This document shows positions 1 through 15,600 of a stretch of 64,000 bases of DNA, piece after piece (position 1 is the first letter of the stretch; each line of letters opens with the position of its first letter). The notes beneath the pieces were generated by a model. The model saw nothing but the letters and a program-made list of their open reading frames with translations, ran no database searches and was not told where the DNA came from. A program made the position numbers and the translations under genes. This DNA is from Salpingoeca rosetta (lineage: Eukaryota; Protista; Choanoflagellata). Where the stretch lies: assembly GCA_033442325.1 (NCBI GenBank), contig JAWQFM010000012.1, positions 822,287 through 886,286 of the forward strand. The letters run 5' to 3'.

Positions 1-102
1 TGTCTATCTGCCCGTCTGTCTGACTGTCTGTCTGCCCATCCGTTCGTGCCCATGTACATGTGTGCGTGTGCGGGAGACTTCTGTGAGCAGGTTCACTCAC
101 CT

Positions 103-135
<33 letters not shown>

Positions 136-188
136 CACCCCCTCTACCGCTCACTCCGCCATCGTTACATGTGCGCACGATTGTGTAG

Positions 189-459
189 GAGATTGCGGCC
201 GCGCTGCTTGAGCTTGCGTCGCGAAAGTCAAGCGTGCGCCTCACTTACCCAGCACCAGCAGCACCAGCAACGCCAAACAAGTCGGCAAAGCCATCATCAG
301 CATCATCATCAACAGCACCACCACCAGCACCATCATCATCGTCATCATCAAGCAACGCAGCGCCGGCCGCATCAACCCGCGGCAGCGAAGAGCGGCCGTG
401 GTTTGAGCACGCACTTCCACACAAGACAGACTTCAAATTCGTCGACGGTCCGTGTTCCC

Positions 460-544
<85 letters not shown>

Positions 545-930
545 CTTTGCAGTTGTCTGTCTCTCTTGTCGCTGTCAAAGTGTCACGAATGTCTTACACG
601 CCCTTGCATGCGTGTGTTTTTTTTTTGTTTTTTCTTTTTTGTTTTTTTTGTGTGTGTGTGTGTGTGCAGAGATCATTGAGACGCTGGACGAGTTGTATCG
701 CCCGAAAGCGCCCGCAGGTGGCAGTGGCGCCAACTCAAGCGAAGTCTCCACGCCAAAGGTGAGTTGCGATGGCCGTTTTGCATCAGCTTACAAAGGAAGT
801 GGTTTTGCTGCATGGCACCACGCTTTCAAGAAGCATCATCGTCACATTCGTCACTCACTCACACACCCACTCACACACACACACACACTCACTCACTCAC
901 ACACACTCACACACACACTCACTCACTCAC

Positions 931-986
<56 letters not shown>

Positions 987-1023
987 ACTCACTCACTCAC
1001 TCACACACACACACACTCACTCA

Positions 1024-1064
<41 letters not shown>

Positions 1065-1319
1065 CAGGAGTCTGCGCTGTCGAATTCGACGACGCCCATT
1101 GCAGACGATGGGACGTCCCCGACAAAGCGGGCACGACTCGCTCCGCACAGCGCGCAGCAGCGGCATGTACAACTACAGCAGCAGCAACAGCAGCAACAGC
1201 AGCAACAGCAGCAGCAACAGCAGCAGCAACAGCAAGGAGCAAGACAGGCGCCGTCAGCATCAACATCAACAACGGTACAAGCAACGGTAACTACGACAAC
1301 ATCAACACAAAGGGCTTGA
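189..1319 (+). CDS. 3' exons of a transcriptional cyclin (cyclin K/T/L-like); 5' end lies before the window
   Basis: Exons 189-447, 670-758, 1068-1319 joined by in-phase GT-AG introns give EIAAALLELASRK...PWFEH...FVDEIIETLDELY. This resembles the end of the second cyclin box of cyclin K/T (IA..+.LA.R...WW.....++..IL.LY). A low-complexity polyQ tail follows. Confidence 0.55.
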
Positions 1320-2279
1320 TAGCAGCGAACCTTTTTGTTGTTGGACCTCGCACACTCCTGCCAGCAATGTTACATCGACACTAGCTGTCTCCCTCCCTCT
1401 GTCTTGTTCTTGTTTGACACCGCCCCCCCCCCACTGCTGCTATTGCTTGCGCGCTTCTTCGAGTAGTCAAGTGTGTTTTGTCTGTACATAAACACAGTCC
1501 TTCAACCAGGTTGGGTTGCTGTCGGTTTGGCCCAACTAAACAGACACGCGCAGTGGGCAGTTTACTGGTGGTTGGATGAGACAATTCGCCAAACAGCAAT
1601 TCAGCCCGATGATAGAGCGAGCATGGGAATCAACAACAAATGGCCACGACACGGGAAATAGGGGAGACACGGACGGCGATGTACACACGCGCACAGTTGG
1701 TGTACTGCTTCGAGAAAGGGGGATAACAAAGTACGAAGACTTGAAGCAGCGTCGGCTGGTGTGAAAGATCAAGAGAGGTTGATACAGAGAGAGGAAGGGG
1801 CACTGAAGGCGATTGAAACGAGAAACACAAGAACGAGACATGCATGGAAACGACGCTTCACATAGACTGCAGGGACAAATGCAGAGTGGTTGCGCGAATG
1901 GGATGTCAGTTGTACGAGTGAAGAAAGAGGTAAGACAGTGTTGTTCGACATGGACGTTGGGGTTGACATGTACACAAGTGCGCGCGCATGCAAGTGCACG
2001 CCCATACACACACACCAAGCACTCACAACGCACCCACACACCAAGCACCCACAACGCACACGACACGCGCACATCGCACATCGCACGTACACACCTTTGC
2101 TGTTCAAGTCTCCTTCTTCTGCACTGCTGATACGTAGTGATATGCAATGACAAGAAGAAAGATGACGACGCCAAGGATGTTGGCCGTCAGCATCAACTGC
2201 GTGTCAGTGATCATGACTGTGTGTGTATGTTGTGTGTGTGTGTGTGTGCGTGTGCGTGTTGTGTGTGTGTGTGTGCGTG

Positions 2280-2334
<55 letters not shown>

Positions 2335-2532
2335 GGAGGACGCTGCTAACTGCTGAATGCAAAGTGTGTTGGTGGCAGTGGCTCGGTATTGGCTGGTCGA
2401 TGACGAAAAATATACATATCTTCACAAGTTATTCAACAACCGCGGCAGCCAGGGGAACAAAGCAGTAGTGCAGTAAGTCAAGCAAGCAGCGAGCGCAGAC
2501 CAAAGCGTCGACCAAAGGACAAGGAGGCCGGG

Positions 2533-3348
2533 ATGGCAAACAAGGATGAGGACGTTCGCGTTGGGGACGCCATGGCGCTGCTGGGCCAGCAGCCAACCAT
2601 CTCAGAGGCGTTCAAGACATTCTTAAGCATGGTCTTGGCACAGCAGCACAGCCAGACACCTGTGGTGGCCACAAGCAGCAGCGTTCCACGTCGCAGCAGC
2701 GCACAGGACGACCAACAACAACAGCAAAACACAGGCGACGCACAACCTGCCGAATCACAACAACAACAGCAGCAGCAGCAGCAGCAAGAGCGACAGCAGC
2801 AAGAGCATGTGGGCGTGAAAGAGATGCCCTTGTCAAGGGCCTCGCTGCCACACTTGCAGGTGCTGATTCGGGAGACGCTGCGCGGGTGCTCCTCATTTGA
2901 CCTTGCACGGCTGCAGAGGGTGCAGGGCAAGGACGAGACCGGTTCGGCGTTCCTCGACTCCCTTGGCCGCCTGCGCGCCGTGCAGCACGTCTGTCAGCTG
3001 CTGGAGAACAAGCAGCAGCGCCGTACGCGGTGGCTGGGTTCCAAGTACTTTGAACTGGTTTGGCCGCTAATTCAAGAAGACTTGCGAGAGTCGGAGGCCA
3101 TCGCCTCCGCCGCCATGCAGCCCGAGCTCGTGGACGCTTACATCGCCGCCGTCACTGCCGCGCTCGCTGATGCAGAGAAGAGCGCCATGTGGAGCCCGAG
3201 CCTTGAGGCCCATCTGCAGGAGCAAGCCCAGAAGCGACGAGAACAAGCAGCGGCCCTGGCCACGGAGGTGGCTCAGATGGCACTGGATGCAGACGACGAC
3301 GATGATGACGCTGATGAAGGAGAGGGCGGTGAGGACGGGCGGGCGTGA
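2533..3348 (+). CDS. Hypothetical protein (terminal exon; upstream exons possible at ~1570-2190)
   Basis: 271 aa ORF with GC3-rich coding-like codon usage, polyQ and an acidic C-terminus. No recognisable domain. Confidence 0.6.
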   Translation: MANKDEDVRVGDAMALLGQQPTISEAFKTFLSMVLAQQHSQTPVVATSSSVPRRSSAQDDQQQQQNTGDAQPAESQQQQQQQQQQERQQQEHVGVKEMPLSRASLPHLQVLIRETLRGCSSFDLARLQRVQGKDETGSAFLDSLGRLRAVQHVCQLLENKQQRRTRWLGSKYFELVWPLIQEDLRESEAIASAAMQPELVDAYIAAVTAALADAEKSAMWSPSLEAHLQEQAQKRREQAAALATEVAQMALDADDDDDDADEGEGGEDGRA

Positions 3349-3693
3349 AGGCGATGAGGATGGAGTGAGCGTGGAGGTGATGGAGATGGAGTGAGCCTGA
3401 CGACTGTGGGCCTGGATTAAGCGTGATGACTATGAGGATTGGATAACACGGACACAAGTGCGGGCTGGTGACATGAAAACGCATGAAAACGTGTCCTGTC
3501 GTGTTACATCTTTACTTATGCAGGGGACATAGCAAAACGCAATACAACGCGCCCAGCACATGCCATTAAACGATTGTGATTATTAGAAGTGCGCAAAGCA
3601 AGTCAGTCAGCCAAGCTAGTACGAGCGAGCGAGCAAGCGAGCGAGGAAGGCTGAGACAAACAGAAGGTGTGTCTCGTGTCGCAGATGCAGTCA

Positions 3694-6369
<2,676 letters not shown>

Positions 6370-6533
6370 AAAACGAGTTGGATTGGAAGAGGCGGGCGTT
6401 GGAAGGGAGAGTGAGTGAGCAGCGTCGTGGTTGTCGTGTGGTTCGGTTGTGTGTGATTGTGGTTGTTGTGTGCGGCATTGCCGGGGTATGCTTGAGTTAA
6501 GGAATTTTTGCCGTGGAGACCAAGAAATGTGGT

Positions 6534-6605
6534 GGTCCTGTGGTCTAGGGGTATGATTTCCGCTTAGGGTGCGGGAGGTCCCGGGTTCAAATCCCGGCAG
6601 GACCC
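6534..6605 (+). tRNA. tRNA-Pro(AGG): tRNA-Pro (anticodon AGG)
   Basis: 72 nt GGTCCTGTGGTCTAGGGGTATGATTTCCGCTTAGGGTGCGGGAGGTCCCGGGTTCAAATCCCGGCAGGACCC with a perfect acceptor stem GGTCCTG/CAGGACC, A box, B box GGTTCAAATCC and a downstream T-run Pol III terminator. Confidence 0.97.
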
Positions 6606-7607
6606 CAGTTCTTTTTCTTTTTCTTTTTTCTTGTTTCTTTTTGTTGGTTTGGGTTGTTTGAACTGGACGATCGATCCTGATTGCTTTACTTGCTTGCTTG
6701 CAAGACTCGGGGTGCATCAACTCGGCCATCACACACGTCAAGACGCGTTGGCACAGCCAACACAACGACAAGCCGGCAAGCCTGCAAGCGAGCACAAACA
6801 GAGAGAAGTGAGAGAAGGAGGAGAAAGATGCACCTGAACCCAAGACGGCAGCCAAGAAGAAGAAGAGCACGGCGGAACTGCTGAACTGTCGGCATCTCCG
6901 ACACTCGCGCTTTTACTCTCTACCTCTACTCGTCTGCTCGCTGGCTTGCAATTATTACAAGGAGGGTGGGCCAGGAAAGAAGGAGGGTGTTGTGAGTCAA
7001 CACACTACAGCAAGCAAAGCCTTCAAAGAAAAACACAGCCACTAAGCAGCAGCATGATAAGTTGTGATGGTAGGATGGTCTTTTGTAGCCTCGTGTCGTG
7101 GGCACACAACCCGCTCTTGTTCCCACATCACAACAGAGGGATCCTCTGCCATGATTGCTCGGTGGCTGTTCAGGGGTTGTCCTCGGCCCTCAACAAAACA
7201 ATATGTAGACTGAAAACGAAGATGGCGTTCTTGGGTCTTGCTGTCTTGCTTTTAGCGGACCTGAGCGCTTCAATAATACAGGTGAGCTAGGAGCTGCGTT
7301 AGTTGGGGAAACACGGTACCCCGTCACAAGAAGCGGGTAGGAATGCTCACAGTCTTCAATAGTCGAGTGAGGCTGCACTGGAAACAAATCAACCCAAGGC
7401 AACCAGAAGAAATCCACATCGAGCTTTGTGTTCTCTAGCTCTTCAGCAAGCTTGTTCCTTTACCCCCTGCCTTGATGCTCTCATGCAATGAACATCAAGC
7501 CCTGCTACGGCTGTTAATCAACTGCACCACGAAGCAATCAGAAGGATTCATCGTCCAGTCCAGCAGTTCAAACAGCCCAAACCAAAAAAAAAAGGCAAAA
7601 AGAACTG

Positions 7608-7679
7608 GGGTCCTGCCGGGATTTGAACCCGGGACCTCCCGCACCCTAAGCGGAAATCATACCCCTAGACCACAGGACC
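7608..7679 (-). tRNA. tRNA-Pro(AGG): tRNA-Pro (anticodon AGG), second identical copy
   Basis: Exact reverse complement of 6534-6605, followed on the minus strand by T-runs (A-runs at ~7584-7601 on the + strand). Confidence 0.97.
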
Positions 7680-7853
7680 GCCATATTGCTTGGTCTCCAT
7701 GGCAAAAATTGCTTAACTCAAGCATACCCCGGCAATGCCGCACACAACAACCACAATCACACACAACCGCACATCACACAACCACACGACAACCACGACG
7801 CTGCTCACTCACTCTCCCTTCCAACGCCCGCCTCTTCCAATCCAACTCGTTTT

Positions 7854-9173
7854 ATGACGACGCCAGCGCCGGCGGTGCCGGCCACAGCAGCCCGACTGGT
7901 GCAGGGGGTGCAGTGCGACTTCAAGCGGTTTGGGGAAGCCGCGGACAAGAAGAAGTGCGTCCTTGAATTTGCGGATGGGGGCGTGTTCTCCCGCATTCGC
8001 AAGAGGGACATTGAGGAGCCAAAGCCGGCGTTCATGCCGGCAGATGCCACGCCGGCCTGCCGCCCCCAGCCGGGGAACCCCACGGCGCACTTCTTTGTCG
8101 TGCACATCACAAGCAAGCATTCGGACAGCAAGATTGGCGTGGGCATTGTGCCGTGCTCGACGACGGAGCAGAGCACGTCCAACACGAGCATGCAGGAGCA
8201 CTCCATCCGCTTCTACTCCGATGGCCGGCTGTGCAAGCGGCGCCAGTTCCCGCTCAAGCAGCTGCCGCCAGCCAACAAAGGTTCTCGAATCCTCGTTGTC
8301 TTGGACTGGCAACGAGGCAAGGTCATCTTCTTCGTTGGCCACCAATCCGACACACACATGCATGCTCTTTCCCACGCGGCGCAGCTGTACTCATACCAGC
8401 AAGTGTGCACGTATGCTCTCTCCCCTGACATGAGCAATGGCGTGAACCCGCTCGTTCTCCTGACATACCGTGGCGTATGTGTAAGCTGGTGGTCTTGGTG
8501 TGCATGTGTGTGTGTGTGTGTGTGCATGTGCACCTGTGTGTGTGTGTGTGTGTGAGTGAGAGAGTGAGAGAGTGAGAGAGTGTGAGAGTGCATACGCCGC
8601 TCCTCTGAGCGCATACGCCGCTCCTCTGTGTGCATGTGTGTGAATGCTGCCACGGTACACTGCTGGCCTGTGTTCACACGCCTCTGTGCTTCATGCACGA
8701 GCATGTGCATCCCTCCTCCTCCCAGCCCAATCCCCACTCACACGCGTGTGTCACGTTTCCAGGTGGAGTTTGTGCATGAGCAGGAGTCTGCAGTGAAGGG
8801 CTTGCTTCTCGCCAGCTACATGTCTGACATCTCGCGCCACGGTACGCATGTATGTTGTCGTGCTTGTTTCTGACACACCTCATGCCTGATCAGAGCTCTT
8901 TTCATTACCCACGCGCCGCTCCCCACCAGTAGTGCGCGCCACCATTAGTGCGCTACACCACTGCGCTCACCTGATTCCCATCGCTCACCATCCGCTGCGC
9001 ACGCTTTCGCCTCGTCCCAACATCTGTGCAGACGAGCACGTGCATCCCCTGCCAGACACGCAAGAAGTGGGCGTGAGCACGGATCCAGCGGACCTATCGG
9101 AAGCCGACGCCGCCAAGGCACTCAAGGAATACGCACGTGCACCATTCAAAGACGTCCTCGCCGCCCAACAAGC
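7854..9173 (+). pseudogene. Truncated duplicate of the SPRY-domain gene (exons 1-3 only)
   Basis: Exons 7854-8480, 8763-8841 and 9032-9173 mirror the left copy. Homology stops at 9276, so exons 4-5 are absent. Exon 1 ends TYRGVC instead of TYPGDC. The reading frame is intact and read-through would stop at 9633. Confidence 0.6.
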
Positions 9174-9613
9174 GTGCGTCGTCAATCGCCCTCCATACAC
9201 ACACGCACACGCACATAATTATAGCGCCTGTCTTCTTTCCTTCCTGCCCCTTATTGCCCCCCTCGCGCTGCTGATTACAGAAAATTATTATATTCTTGAA
9301 AGTAAACCTCATCCCGCATACACCCACACAACCACCACACAACCACCGCACAACCACCACACGACAACCACACCACACCACACCATCATCACCTCATCTC
9401 GCGCCCTCGTTCCCCCCTCTCTCTCTCCCTTGTTGCTCGCTGTGTTGTTCACGATTCACATCAGTCATGTCACATCATGTCACTCCGGTGTATCACCACC
9501 ATTTATTCGTTTGCAGCCACACCCTCCACACCCTCCACACCCTCCACACCGCAAGAGACAAATCTCACCACCACCACCACCACCACCCATCCACCAACCA
9601 CAACAAGCCACGC

Positions 9614-12600
9614 TCAGTCACTGCCGGCTGTGAGCCAGCGGTCAAAGACATGCATGCCACCCGCAGCCGTTCCAACCAGGAGGCGGGTGCCATCAGCAGA
9701 CAGGGTGCACGCAGTGACACTGCCGGGAACAGCAACTGCGCCCACCAGCACCAGCTGGGGCGGCTGCACGCTCAGCTCGCTGTCTCGCGTGGTCCGCTCC
9801 CCGTGACGGCGACAGTGCCACACGCGCAGCATGCCGCGCGCATCGCCCGTCACCACCACCGCCACGCCGCCGCCATCATCATCACCACCACCACCACACG
9901 CAGGCGCAAAGCAGGCGGTGATTGGCGACGAGTGCGCGTGAACAACGGCGTACTGGCGAGAGAGCAGCGGGCCACCGACAGCCTCGTCGCAGCGCCAGCA
10001 GCACACAGCGCCGGACGACGTGGTGAGCAGCAGGCCCTGCTTGAGCCAGGCCACGTTGGTGGCCCACGTCCCGTTGATGTTGCACTCTGTTGCGCGCACA
10101 GACGCCAGCCGTTCAACGGCAGCAGAGCCCAGCCGAAACACGTCCACAAGCCCGTGTTCGTACGCCACAGCAACCATGCTGCCGCCAGGGGACACGGCAG
10201 CGTCGACGGCAAAGTGCTTATCGCGGAACGAGACCGGGCGCTGCATGTCACGCAGCTGCGCATCATACACCAGCACCATCCCCGACCAGCCACACACAAT
10301 GACCCGCTGAGGTGCCTGCGCCACAACCACCCGCGTAATGGGGTGTGGCGCGTCAACACGTGCCAACACCTTGGCATCCACCTCCGCAGCGCTGCTGCTG
10401 CCCAGCGCCACGTTCAACAGCGAAACATCCTGCACGCCAACAACAAGCACGCGAGTGGCCTGCTGCAGTTGCTGCTGCAACGCGCCTTGCTGCCCGCTCT
10501 GTGTGAGTGCACCACCGCCACCACCAACAGTGCTCCTTACAGTGGCGGTGGCGGTGCTCCTGCTGCCCTGACCGTCAACTTCAAGCGCCACTAGCGAGCG
10601 CACAATGTTCCCGTCACCCGCACCGCCAGCAACGCGCAAGCGCTTCACAGCGACGGGCAGCGTGTCGCCGTCATCATCGCCAACGCCACCCGCGGCCTCC
10701 TGAGCTGCAGCACTGAACAGGCGCAGCGAGACCTCGCCAGCCTCCACTGCCGTCATGGCCACGGAGCCGCCGCTCGACACGGGCACAACACCAACAACGG
10801 CGCTGTGGTGGTGGTGCAACGACACGGGCGTGAGCATGTGCAGCTGCTGCGTGTGATCGACGGCGCCACGCCCCTTGTACGCTCCATAGCGTGTGTGGCG
10901 GCGAGACGAGGAGGTGGTGGATGTTGTGCCCCTGGTGCGGCCAGAGCCACCGCTGAGGATGGACCGCTTCTCGGTGGTGCTGATGCCACTGCCACTGCTG
11001 TTGGCAGAAGCGGTGCTGGCGTCCTCGCCCACTGCGCGCTCCACCATTGCCAGCACATCCACGAGGCGAGGCGGCGCCGTGCCCGCTGCACGCACGACCG
11101 GCAGGCGCATGGCACGTGACAGCAGTGTGAGCATGCTGTTAGTTGGCTCCTGCCACTTGGAGTACTGCCCGTCCAGGGACGCCGCCAGCACCTGGTCCTC
11201 ACTCGTGTGCGTCACGCACGTCACGTCGCGGGTGTGCGCAGTCATGTCTGTCACGTGTGCCAAGCGGTCTGGGCGCCAGCACATGAGCGCACCCTCGGAG
11301 CCGCACACATACACGAAGCCGACACCATCATCACCACCACTGCGAGCGCCACGGGCAGGCGTGCTTGTGGCGGCCACGGCCATACACTCCTCCATGGGCT
11401 GCTGCTTGGTGGCCAGCAGGCTACCGTCCTCGCTCCACCACCGGTAGGTGCCATCCATGCCGCAGGTGAAGATGTGCACACCAAGGAACGCCACATCCGT
11501 GACAATGCCTTCGTGACCAGCCAGCACGGCGAGCAGGCGCAGGCTGTACGGCTTTGTTCGCGGCGCCTTGACATCTGCTGACGCTGCAGACGCGGTGTTG
11601 GTGTTGGTGGTGGTTGCAGGCGTGTCACGGAAGCCCTTGCGCTGGTAGGCAAAGACCTTGGCCAGGCCGTCATTGCTGGTGCTCACCAGGCGCGTGCCAT
11701 TCGCGTTGACGCACAGCTGCGTGATGCGGTCCGCGTGCACGTTGGCCTCTTCCTCCTGCACGTGCGCGCTGCTGGTGTGTGCGAGCACAATCTTGCCGTC
11801 CCAGCCGCCAGCAAACAGCGTGGGCTGGCTGGGGTGCCGGCACAGCGCAGAGACGCCGCCCTCGTGCGACGCGGCCACAGCCATGCGCGCAAACGACCCG
11901 TCCTGCTGGCGCCGCAGAAAGTGCAGGTGCCGGTCCACATCGCCAATCGCCACCTCGTTGCGCGTCAGCACACACGCAGACAGCACGTCCACGTCGTGCG
12001 TCAGCGCGGACGTTCGCCAGGAGGAGGAGGAGGAGCGAGCCGCTGCCGTGTCGACGCCTCGCATCACGCCCTCAATCAGCACCACGCGGCGGTCCTGCCC
12101 AAACGAGACAACGCTGTCCGTGCGCGTGTCCGGGGAGATGCCCGACACGGCGCGGTCGTGCACGAGCTGTGCCCGCACCACGTTTCCTTCAAGGTCAAAC
12201 GAGGCCACGGTGCCATCGCCATAGCCGACAAGCACGACGGCGTCGCGGTGCACGCACATGCACGTCGCATCTGCGCGCGCAAAGGAGGTGGGCCCAGCCA
12301 GCGCGCTGCGGTGCAGGGAGAGCTCGCCAGGCTCCGCCTCAAGCACGCGCACGGCGCCGTCCGAGCAGCCAAGCGCAAGCGTGGCTGCAGACATGCTGAG
12401 GGCGAGGGGTGTGACCGAGGGCTGGGGCACCGCGTTGAACGTGACAACGCGTATCCCGGACGGCATGGCAAACACAGTCACGTCACCGGATTTGCAGGCC
12501 ACGGCAAGGCTGGAGCCATGGGGGTTGTACCGCAATGCCTGCACGGGCGATCCTGTCTTCAGCACCACCGCTGCTGGGCCCGGTGCAGCGCGTTCCAGCA

Positions 12601-15600
12601 CAAACGGCTTACCCTGCCGTGACGATGATGAAGACGCACCGCCTCTTCCACCACCACGGCCACCACGGCCACCACGGCCACCACGGCCACCACGACCACC
12701 ACGACCACCACGACCACCACGACCACCACCACGGCCGCGGTTGCTTGCAATGCTTTGATCTGGAGCGCGGGTGAGCCTGGCCTGTTCCGCATCGTTGGTG
12801 GTGGACGCAGCCAGCACATCCCAGACGACCACGGCGCCGGACCAGTGGCCAACAGCCACGGTGTTATCGTCCGCAGTTGTCGCCAGCGCGTTAGCGGGGC
12901 CCTGCGTGGCGCGCAGGATGGAGGTGGGCTTCCCCGTGCGTGCGTCAAACAGGCGGGCTGTCTGGTCCCAGGAGCATGTGGCCACAAGCCGGTGCTGCGA
13001 CAGCAGCGTCGCTGCCGTGACCCTCCGTGAATGGCCCGTGAACGTTCGCACGCGCTCCTGCGAGGCAACGTTCCACATGCACGCGCGGTCGTCGTCTCCA
13101 CAAGACAGCAGTTCGTGGTCCGAGGTGGTGAACGCAAGCGCCGTTACCGCGCCACCGTGCGCATCCAGCACGGCCACACGCTGCCCACTCTGCGCATCGG
13201 CGACGGTGATCGCACCAGCGGGCGTCCCCCACGCGACAAAGCAGCCAGAGGGGCTGATGGCAAACGCAGCGACCGAGGACTGCACATCCTCCGCTGTCAA
13301 CGGCGATGGCGGCACAACAGCGGCTGGCGACCCAGCCTGCACCAGCAGCTGCGCCGCATCACTCCCGGTCTCTTTCCCGCACTGGTGTTGTTGCTGCTGT
13401 TGTTGCTGCTGCTGCTCGGCGGTGTGCGCACGTTGCGTTGCGCCTGCGCGCGTGGCTGTGCCGCGTTGCACTGGCCCTGTTTGCTTCCAGCTCTTCATCG
13501 TCACGCTCGAGGCTGAGGTGCGGGAGGTGCCAGCACCGCGATGGCCGCTGGCATCCGCATCCACATCGGCAGCAGTCAGCTTGACCAGGGTGGCGTTGGC
13601 TTCGAGGTCACGGAAGGCGGCGATGGCGCGGGCGCGCAGGTGTGGGCACGAGCGGTCGTTCACAGCGGCCTGCAGCACAAGGCGTGGGTAGCTGGCCAGC
13701 AAGCGTGCGTGCCGCGCAACGAACGTGTGCAGCTCAGCCAACACGGTGTCGTTCGCAAGCGAAGTGACGGTGGATGGCGGGAGCGGTGTTTCCAGGAAGA
13801 ACGCGCCGCTGTACATGGTGGCCACCTGCTGCAGCTGGCCCATGCGCGCAGCGGCCTCCACAAACGCAAACTGCGACACGCAGTCCTTGAAAGCACTCAC
13901 GGAGGAGCCGAGGAGGTGGTGGTAGGGGAGGTTGAGCAGCGCACACGCGTCATCGCTGCTGAACAGCGGGCCTTGCACTTCCGATACTGTTTGCCGTGCG
14001 CTGGCACCAGCGCCAGTGTCGGCATTGCTGTCGCCCGCGTGCTGCGCATCGTGACGCGTTGTCACCGGTGGCTCCACGCGCAGGCTGCTGCTCAGCGCAA
14101 GTGACGAGGATGCCAGTGACGACGACGACAGGGCGAGAGCACTTCTGCCTGCGTTGTTGCCACTGGTGCCACCAAACGCACCATGAAGCGTCTGTCCGTG
14201 TGCCTGTCGTCCGAGGGATGCTGGTTCGTCCACGCTCGATGCTGCGCCTGCTCGCCCTTGTGCTCCCTGTGCACCTGCTTCGGTCGTCGTTGTGCGAGTT
14301 GTGGAGCGGAGCAAGCGGTCGTAGTGCGCTGCAAGCATGGCGTGCACGGCCTTGGCTGGGCGGCCCGTCACGCCATCGGGCAGGTAGCGCTTCATGCACA
14401 CGCTGCGGAGCTGTGCGTGCAGGAACGTGCGCTGTCCATCAGCGGCTGTGCGGGAGGGGCGGGTGAGGAAGGGCGCAATGTTGTGCACGAGACTCATCAC
14501 CAGCAGGGGCGATGCCGCAGGCTGTGGCCTGGCTGCTGCAGACGCGTACTGCCGCTGACCGCCACTGGCGGCAACACCGCACTGGGATGCGGTTGACAGC
14601 AACGATGACGCCTTGTTGGTGGACGTGGATGTGCGCAGCAGCCCTGAGGGTGTTGATGACGCCGATGCAGACGTCGATGCAGACGTCGATGCAGCTGCGT
14701 CGGAGGCTGGCAGCGGCTCGAGCAACAGCGCCAGGAGATCGCCTTCGCGGAGGCCATCGCGGCTGCACAGCAGCAGGCGCATGCAGGAGGCAACCAGGGC
14801 GTGCCCAAGCTCTTGCTCCAGGCGGTCAAGGACTTGCCCAAACAGCTCAGGCAGCGTGCCGGCGAGGGACGCAAGCTTGGCGTCCAGGGTTTCGAAGGAG
14901 GCGCCTAGGCGGAGCTCCTGACAGGCCACCTCCAAGTACAGCGGCAGGCCCGCGTCGCGCTTGCTGGTCAGCACGTTCAGCTGGTTGTTGAAGGCGGACT
15001 CGTCAAGTCGCTTGCTGTAGCGGTGCAGGATGCTACGGGCCAGGGCGGCCTTGTCGCGTGCACTGAGCGCACGCAGGGCAACCTTGGCCAACCGAAGCCG
15101 CGTCTCTGCCTCCAACCTCCTCTGCAGCGCGCGTGTGACCGGGCCCTCGGTTGCCGACAGAACCAACTTCACGTTGGGCGGAAGCGGCAGTGGCAGCCAT
15201 TCAAGCAGCTGTGCTCCCGTGGAAGCCCCACCCCCACCACCAGCACCACCACCAGCACCACTGCCAGTAGCGGATGCGCCCGTGGCTGCACGTCGCCCGT
15301 GGCGGCCGGTTGGTGTGGACGACAGCGCGTTGAGGCCGTCCAAGGCAATCACCAGCGTGTGAGATGGCGGAACGGCCTTGCTGGCTGCCTTCAGCCGCGC
15401 TTCAAGCTTTGCCTTGAGCGCGGCCGCCCGCGTTGCACCACCACCACCACCACCACCACCACCACTGTTGCCGCTGCCGCCATCACCAGCATCACCATCG
15501 TCATCGTCATCGTCGTCACCATCGTGTGCGGTGCCGTGTTGTGCCGTTGCTGATGACGACGCGCCAAAGCGGAGTTTGAGCTGACGGCAGAGGTGGCTGA

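Larger units (their letters stand above)
7532..9276. repeat. Right arm of large inverted repeat (partner 4802-6686)
   Basis: Reverse complement of the left arm. It differs by indels in introns and flanks. The ~845 bp spacer at 6687-7531 is unique. Confidence 0.95.

Noticed and set aside
6687-7531. Vault/Y-like RNA gene or transposase in the palindrome spacer, given the nearby TROVE gene
   Set aside because: I could not find a convincing A/B box pair or coding signal, and the two tRNAs are canonical tRNA-Pro rather than tRNA mimics. An Infernal scan would be needed to exclude this fully.
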